From an uncultured Elusimicrobia bacterium (GTDB lineage: Bacteria; Elusimicrobiota; Endomicrobiia; DTEH01): a DNA stretch of 64,000 nucleotides. The DNA lies in contig CAZDUB010000004.1 in NCBI GenBank assembly GCA_964508565.1, positions 38,874 through 102,873 of the forward strand, written 5' to 3'. Position numbers and translations under genes: made by a program. The notes under the pieces are model-generated. The model worked only from the letters and a program-made list of their open reading frames with translations. It was not told the DNA's origin and did not search any database. Each line of letters starts with the position of its first letter. The first letter of the stretch is position 1. Shown piece by piece: positions 58,276 to 64,000 of this stretch.

Positions 58276-59465
58276 AAACAATACAAGAAATAAACGAAAA
58301 AATTAAAAAAGGGCAAGTGGTTGTAGTTACTGCTGAAGAGATGATAGAAATTGTTAAAGAGAAGGGGGTAAAAGAGGCTGCAAAAGAAGTAGATGTTGTA
58401 ACTACTGGTACATTTGGGCCTATGTGTTCTTCAGGAATGTATCTAAATTTAGGTCACACAAAACCAAGAATAAAAATTGGTGGTGGTAAGTGTTATTTGA
58501 ATAATATTCCTTGTTACACAGGTTTTGCAGCAGTAGATATTATGGTAGGCGCAACTGCTTTACCAGAAGATGACCCAAGAAACAAAGAATATCCTGGAGA
58601 GTTTAGATATGGTGGTGGGCATTTGATTCAGCAGTTCGTAGCTGGTGAAGATATTGAGTTAAAAGCAGAAGCATATGGTACAGATTGTTATCCAAGAAAA
58701 GAACTACACGGTTTTATAAATATAAAAGATGTAAATGAAGCAGTTTTATTTAACATAAGAAATTGTTATCAAAATTACAATGTTGCAGTAAATCTTTCTG
58801 ACAAGACAATATTTACATATATGGGAATGTTAAAACCCAATCTTGGAAATGCAAACTATTGTTCAGCAGGACAACTTTCTCCTTTACTTAAGGATCCATA
58901 TTACAAAACAATTGGTATTGGTACAAGAATATTTTTAGGTGGAGGCATAGGATATGTTGCTTGGTGGGGAACACAGCATAATCCCGAGGTGCATAGAACC
59001 GAATTAGGAATACCAAAATTTCCCGCAGGTACACTTGCAGTAATAGGAGATTTAAAACAGATGTCTTCAGAATTTTTAGTTGGAGTTTCCATAAGAGGAT
59101 ATGGTGTGTCATTAGCTGTAGGTATTGGAATTCCAATACCGGTATTAAACGAAGAGATAGCTAGATGGTGTGCAGTAAGTGATGAGGAAATTTTCGCTCC
59201 AGTGATAGATTATAGTAAAGATTATCCAAACCTAACTGGAAAACAGCCTTTATGTTTTGTTTCGTACAAACAATTGCGTTCAGGAGAGATTGAAATAAAT
59301 GGAAAAAAGGTTCCAACAGGGTCTCTGTCAAGTTATGCAAAGGCAAGGAAAATATCTCACATTTTAAAAAGTTGGATTAATTCAGGAAAATTTTTACTTA
59401 CAGAACCGGTTCAAAAAATACCTTCTGTTGGAGAAGGCGTAAAATATAAACTTTTACCACTGTAA
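58272..59465 (+). CDS. DUF39/COG1900-family protein (homocysteine-biosynthesis-associated, L-aspartate-semialdehyde sulfurtransferase-like)
   Basis: N-terminal INEKIKKGQVVVVTAEEM...VDVVTTGTFGPMCSSG resembles the COG1900 family; 4-nt overlap with the upstream gene. Confidence 0.5.
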   Translation: MKTIQEINEKIKKGQVVVVTAEEMIEIVKEKGVKEAAKEVDVVTTGTFGPMCSSGMYLNLGHTKPRIKIGGGKCYLNNIPCYTGFAAVDIMVGATALPEDDPRNKEYPGEFRYGGGHLIQQFVAGEDIELKAEAYGTDCYPRKELHGFINIKDVNEAVLFNIRNCYQNYNVAVNLSDKTIFTYMGMLKPNLGNANYCSAGQLSPLLKDPYYKTIGIGTRIFLGGGIGYVAWWGTQHNPEVHRTELGIPKFPAGTLAVIGDLKQMSSEFLVGVSIRGYGVSLAVGIGIPIPVLNEEIARWCAVSDEEIFAPVIDYSKDYPNLTGKQPLCFVSYKQLRSGEIEINGKKVPTGSLSSYAKARKISHILKSWINSGKFLLTEPVQKIPSVGEGVKYKLLPL

Positions 59466-59471
59466 TTTCTT

Positions 59472-62400
59472 ATGCAAATGTTCTTACCGTTTGAACAAGA
59501 AAAAGAAGACATACAAATACATATATTAGATGCTTCTGCCGGAAGCGGTAAAACATATAACTTAGCCAAAAGATACATGCAGCTTTTGTTTTTGCAAAAA
59601 AACCAACCTTGTAAAGATACAATAAAAAATATACTTGCAATTACATTTACAAATAAAGCTACATTTGAAATGAAACAAAGGATTTTAGAATTTTTAAAAC
59701 GCATTGCTTTAGATAAATTGTCTAAAGAAGAAAAAGAAGAGATTTTAGGTTTAGATAATAAAATTTACACTAACGATAAACAGATTAAAGAATTAGCAAA
59801 AAATTTCTTAGAATATATTCTTCAAAATTATGACGATTTTAGAATTAGCACAATAGACAGTTTCTTAAATTTAATTATCTCAGCATATTCTCTTCAATTA
59901 GGAATTTCTTCTGCATTTAAAATTGAACCAGATTACTATGAATATCTAAAGTATAGTTTGGATTTGCTTATAGACAATTCAGTTGTCAATAAAACTCTTA
60001 AGAAGAAATTTGATAAATTTATAAAGAACTATCTAATATGGGAAAGAAATAAAAAGTGGTTCCCTAAAAGTTATATCTTATATATATTAAAAGCTCTATA
60101 CGATGAAAGCAGAATCTTTGGTGAAGATTTTGTTGTAGATAGAACAGATTATTCAAAAAAACTTTTTAATTTGTGTAGCGAGACAGTCAAGCTTGTTCAC
60201 GAGTTATATAATAAGCTACTTCCTATTGAAGAATATATAAACAAGAAATTTTTAAATGGATTGAAAAAATTTATAGAAAAGTATGAAAAAAATCCTTTAA
60301 GTATAACCACAGGGGAAATTTCAGATTATTTTGAAAAAAATATTTTAACTAATAGGAATTATAAAGTTGATAAATCTTTAGATGAGTTATGGGAAAAAAT
60401 TAAACAAAAACTTTCTGATATATTTTCAATTTTTGATTACTCTTTTTTTAATAACTATATAACTATTTTTAAAGATGTAGAAAAACAACTCAATAAAGAA
60501 ACAACAAAACAAGATGTAGTATTTTTGAAAGATTTAAATAAAAAGCTCTATGATGTTGTCTCTTCAAATAAATATTTTGTTCCAGAACTATATATGCGAC
60601 TTGCTACTAATATTAAACATTGTTTAATTGACGAATTTCAAGATACAAATGTTTTACAATGGAGAAGTCTTTTACCGATATTAGAAGACATTTTAGCAAA
60701 CGGTGGAACATTTTTCTATGTAGGAGACAAAAAACAGGCGATATATAGATTTCGTGGAGGTGATTACAAACTTTTTGATGATGTGTATCTAAAATATTTT
60801 GCCAATTATAAATATGAAAAAAAGACATTATCTGTAAACAGAAGAAGCCAGAAGGTTATAGTTGAATTTGTAAATAAAGTGTTTTCTAAAGAAAATCTAA
60901 AGAATTTCGTCATTTCCATAAAGGCTCAACAGGATGTAGCAGAAGAAGTTTTGTCTGTATATTCTGATTCCAAACAAGAGATATTAAAAGAGAAACTTGC
61001 TGGATATGTGTACGGAGAACTCATAAACGCAGAAAATAGTGAAGAGCTAAAATTGTTACTTAAACAGAAAATAATAGCTCTAATAGAAAAAATAAGGAAA
61101 AAAGATAAAACTAAATCCATAGCTATATTAGTTAGAAAACAAAAAGATGCAGAAGAAATTTCTGAATGGTTGTTAGAAAAAGGCTTTTCTGTTGAATCCG
61201 AAAAAACCTTGAATATCCAAGAGAATTGTTTTGTTAAAGAATTGATATCCCTTTTAAAATTTTTAACTTCACCCTTTGATAACCTATCATTCGCTTCTTT
61301 CATCACAGGGGATATTTTTTTAGAATCTTCTAAAATTAAGTTAGAAGACATAAATAAATTCTTATTGGAACACTCAGATGGTAAATCACTGTTATATCAA
61401 AAATTTCAATGCGAATATAAAGATATTTGGGAAAAGTTTTTTGTACCAATTTTTGAAGACTTTGGATTTTTACCAGTGTATGATTTGTTAATAAAAATTT
61501 ATTTTGTTTTTAATTTTGAAAATAACGAAAAATTCAAGCAAAATTATGCTTTTTATTACCATTTATTGGAATTGGCAAAACTGTTTGAAGAAAGAGATTG
61601 TTCTGTTAGATACTTTTTAGAAAAGTTTGAAAATCTTAAAGAAGAAGAAAAAAACATAGTAGCAAAAGGAGAAAATACAATCCAGATACTTACAATCCAC
61701 AAGGCTAAAGGATTAGAATTTGATATTGTAATACTTCCTTATTTTTCAATAGATGTAGATGTTGGCAAAAAAGATACCTCAATTAGTGGTCTTAAATGGG
61801 TTACAGTTAAACTTGAAGATGGTCTGAGATTAGTAAGAATACAAAAAGAACATCATAATTTTTCTAAAGAATTAAGGGATTTATATGAAGAGGAATACAA
61901 AAAAACTTTAGTTGACGAGTTGAATGTGTTATACGTAGCAATGACAAGAGCTAAAGAACATCTTTATTTTTTTGTTCCACAGACAAAAAGAAAATCTAAT
62001 AACGCACGATTTTTAGTAGGGTTAGACAAAAATGAGATTATTGAAATAGGAGAAGATATTTTTTCTAAAAATGAGAATTTTTTAGAAAAAGAAATCTCAA
62101 CGATGTTTTTGGAGCCAATTAAACAAAAAGAATGGTATAAAAAAATAGTAGAACCAGTAATAGAAGTTCAGGAAATAAAAAATAGAGAGAAAATTAAAGA
62201 GGGTGAGGTTGTTCATAAAATACTTTCTTTTATAGGCAACTTATATATGAAGGATATAAAAAAAGAAGTAAAGAAAGCCGTTGAAAAAGTTAAGCCTTTC
62301 TTTCCTTATTTAAATAAAATCAGTTTAAATAGCTACAAAAACTTTATTTTTGATATCCTAAATAGAAAAGAACTCAGAGATTTATTTTTTGTAAAAGATG

Positions 62401-62645
62401 GGATTGTTTACTGTGAAAAAGAAATAGTTTCGCATAATGGGGATGTTAAAAGGGTTGATAGGTTAATCATTTGGGATTTGAAAGTTGCTGTTGTGGATTA
62501 TAAGTTATCATATTCACAAAAGAATTTAGATTTGTATGTTTCGCAGGTTGAGGAATACAAGAAAATTTTAAAGGAAATTTATAACGACAAAGAAATTGTA
62601 GGATATATTTTATTTTTGGATAAAATAGAATTTAAAATTATATGA
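59472..62645 (+). CDS. addA: ATP-dependent helicase/nuclease subunit A (UvrD-like helicase + C-terminal PD-(D/E)xK nuclease)
   Basis: Walker A (DASAGSGKTYNL); UvrD motifs; C-terminal RecB-nuclease motif (DRLIIWDLKVAVVDYKLSY). Confidence 0.85.
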   Translation: MQMFLPFEQEKEDIQIHILDASAGSGKTYNLAKRYMQLLFLQKNQPCKDTIKNILAITFTNKATFEMKQRILEFLKRIALDKLSKEEKEEILGLDNKIYTNDKQIKELAKNFLEYILQNYDDFRISTIDSFLNLIISAYSLQLGISSAFKIEPDYYEYLKYSLDLLIDNSVVNKTLKKKFDKFIKNYLIWERNKKWFPKSYILYILKALYDESRIFGEDFVVDRTDYSKKLFNLCSETVKLVHELYNKLLPIEEYINKKFLNGLKKFIEKYEKNPLSITTGEISDYFEKNILTNRNYKVDKSLDELWEKIKQKLSDIFSIFDYSFFNNYITIFKDVEKQLNKETTKQDVVFLKDLNKKLYDVVSSNKYFVPELYMRLATNIKHCLIDEFQDTNVLQWRSLLPILEDILANGGTFFYVGDKKQAIYRFRGGDYKLFDDVYLKYFANYKYEKKTLSVNRRSQKVIVEFVNKVFSKENLKNFVISIKAQQDVAEEVLSVYSDSKQEILKEKLAGYVYGELINAENSEELKLLLKQKIIALIEKIRKKDKTKSIAILVRKQKDAEEISEWLLEKGFSVESEKTLNIQENCFVKELISLLKFLTSPFDNLSFASFITGDIFLESSKIKLEDINKFLLEHSDGKSLLYQKFQCEYKDIWEKFFVPIFEDFGFLPVYDLLIKIYFVFNFENNEKFKQNYAFYYHLLELAKLFEERDCSVRYFLEKFENLKEEEKNIVAKGENTIQILTIHKAKGLEFDIVILPYFSIDVDVGKKDTSISGLKWVTVKLEDGLRLVRIQKEHHNFSKELRDLYEEEYKKTLVDELNVLYVAMTRAKEHLYFFVPQTKRKSNNARFLVGLDKNEIIEIGEDIFSKNENFLEKEISTMFLEPIKQKEWYKKIVEPVIEVQEIKNREKIKEGEVVHKILSFIGNLYMKDIKKEVKKAVEKVKPFFPYLNKISLNSYKNFIFDILNRKELRDLFFVKDGIVYCEKEIVSHNGDVKRVDRLIIWDLKVAVVDYKLSYSQKNLDLYVSQVEEYKKILKEIYNDKEIVGYILFLDKIEFKII

Positions 62646-64000
62646 GTTTAAAACATTTCTCATATGCTTTGTCAGAAGATATAATAGAAGAGATAGCCGA
62701 TTATATCGTTAATAATTATCGAATAGAAGATTATGATAAAATATATGTGATATTTAGTGGTAAAAGACCATCACTTTTTTTAAAGAAAAAACTTGCTGAA
62801 AAACTAAAGAAATCTTATTTCTCACCTAATATACTTTCTATAGAGGATTTTATTTATGAAATATTTTTTTTGTATAAAACTTCAAATATAATTTCTGAGT
62901 TGAATGCTATATATTTATTATATAAACTTATTTTAGAAAAAGGTTATTTCAAAAACCTCAAATTTAAAAATTTTGTAAATTTTGTTTCCTGGGGAGCTGA
63001 AATTTTTAGTTTTTTAGAACAACTTATGTTAGAAGATATAGACGATTCTAAACTTACCAACATAGAGAATTTAGCAAAAATAGGATTTGATATACCTCCT
63101 AATATAAATCTATTACTTAAAGATATAAAAGAAATCAAAAAAAATTTTTATTTAAAGCTTTTAAATAAAAAAGTTTATACACGGGGAATGATTTATAAAA
63201 CTGTTTCGCAGGAGGTTTTAAATGCAGATTTAGAAATTAAAGAAATAATATTCGTTACCCCATTTTATCTCCATAAAACAGAATTAGACCTACTAAATAA
63301 CTTAATTACTAAATACGAAGTAACTATTTTTTTTCAGGGACATGAAGAAGAATGGAAACAGCTTAACAAAATTGCTAAAAGATTTAATATAAAAATTGTT
63401 CCAGACAAAAAAGATGAAATTCCAGAAAACATTTATTTTTATTCTACATTTGACAGACATTCTGAGATAAATTGTTTAAATAAAATATTAAGACAAATAC
63501 CAAAAGAAGAAATAAATAATACAGTAGTGGTCCTGCCTGATGATGAAACAGCTACTGTATTGTTAAATGCACTTCCTGAAAATATTGAAGAATTTAATTT
63601 AGTATGTGGATATCCTATAAAACATAGCATATTGTATAGTCTTTTGAATTCTATATTTAATGCTCAACTTACAAAAAAAGGTGATTCATATTATTCTAAA
63701 CATTATTTTGATGTTTTAAAAAATCACTTAATTATAAATTTAGATTTAGGTGTTGACGGTGCTATAATTTCAAAAATAGTAGAAACATTAGAACTTATAA
63801 ATTTAGGCATTGTGATAGATGAAAAAATTTCTCGTAATAACTTTATAAAATTAGAATTGGTAGAAAAGAGTAAAGTGTTATATGAAAATATATTTAAATT
63901 TTTAAGTTTTTTAAATATTCCTTTAGATAAAAATACAATTTTATCAATTATAAAAGAACTTCATAAATTACTTTTCAATCAGTGGGAGGATGTAAAAAAT
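62642..64000 (+). CDS. addB: helicase/nuclease subunit B-like (AddB), N-terminal 453 codons; continues beyond the window
   Basis: ATG at 62642 overlaps the addA stop (ATGA); frame is open to nt 64000; degenerate N-terminal P-loop region (IFSGKRPSL) as in AddB/RexB. Confidence 0.65.
   Translation, partial: MSLKHFSYALSEDIIEEIADYIVNNYRIEDYDKIYVIFSGKRPSLFLKKKLAEKLKKSYFSPNILSIEDFIYEIFFLYKTSNIISELNAIYLLYKLILEKGYFKNLKFKNFVNFVSWGAEIFSFLEQLMLEDIDDSKLTNIENLAKIGFDIPPNINLLLKDIKEIKKNFYLKLLNKKVYTRGMIYKTVSQEVLNADLEIKEIIFVTPFYLHKTELDLLNNLITKYEVTIFFQGHEEEWKQLNKIAKRFNIKIVPDKKDEIPENIYFYSTFDRHSEINCLNKILRQIPKEEINNTVVVLPDDETATVLLNALPENIEEFNLVCGYPIKHSILYSLLNSIFNAQLTKKGDSYYSKHYFDVLKNHLIINLDLGVDGAIISKIVETLELINLGIVIDEKISRNNFIKLELVEKSKVLYENIFKFLSFLNIPLDKNTILSIIKELHKLLFNQWEDVKN

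Noticed and set aside
1-64000. CRISPR arrays, IS elements, restriction-modification or other defence islands
   Set aside because: No repeat-spacer arrays; no transposase, integrase, methyltransferase or restriction ORFs. The only helicase/nuclease genes (dinG, addAB, recN, nfo) are canonical repair genes in housekeeping context.

Overview
This 64 kb window is AT-rich (about 30% GC) and tightly packed, with many 1–4 nt start/stop overlaps. Lysine/isoleucine/glutamate-rich proteins suggest a thermophilic low-GC bacterium. Almost all of it is core genome. The housekeeping genes include asd, truA, glmU, prs, rplY, pth, thrS, infC, rpmI, ilvC, psd, pssA, tsaEB and pyrRBC. There is a division/cell-wall cluster running mraZ-rsmH-ftsL-ftsI-murE-murF-mraY-murD-ftsW-murG. 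Other recognisable genes are nfo, dinG, a 4-subunit 2-oxoacid:ferredoxin oxidoreductase (oorDABC-like), recN, rdgB, thrC, an isolated V-type ATPase F-A gene pair, a histidine kinase/response regulator pair, and addA with the start of addB. Four tRNA genes sit directly against protein genes: Val(GAC), Ala(GGC), Ser(GGA) and Met(CAT). I found no transposases, integrases, CRISPR arrays or an obvious defence island. The loci worth a second look are: (1) an HTH + KamA radical-SAM + tandemly duplicated lysine-rich mini-protein locus beside tRNA-Ala; (2) a two-component system followed by predicted envelope proteins in which an A8 homopolymer splits an outer-membrane-like ORF from its in-frame TPR tail; (3) a translationally coupled coiled-coil/CBM48/DUF39 trio upstream of addAB; (4) an HD-GYP/GAF/PilZ-like fusion expressed from an apparently leaderless consensus promoter; (5) triple MraZ-box direct repeats overlapping a consensus mraZ promoter; (6) an orphan V-ATPase F-A pair and an infC-rpmI-ilvC arrangement lacking rplT.
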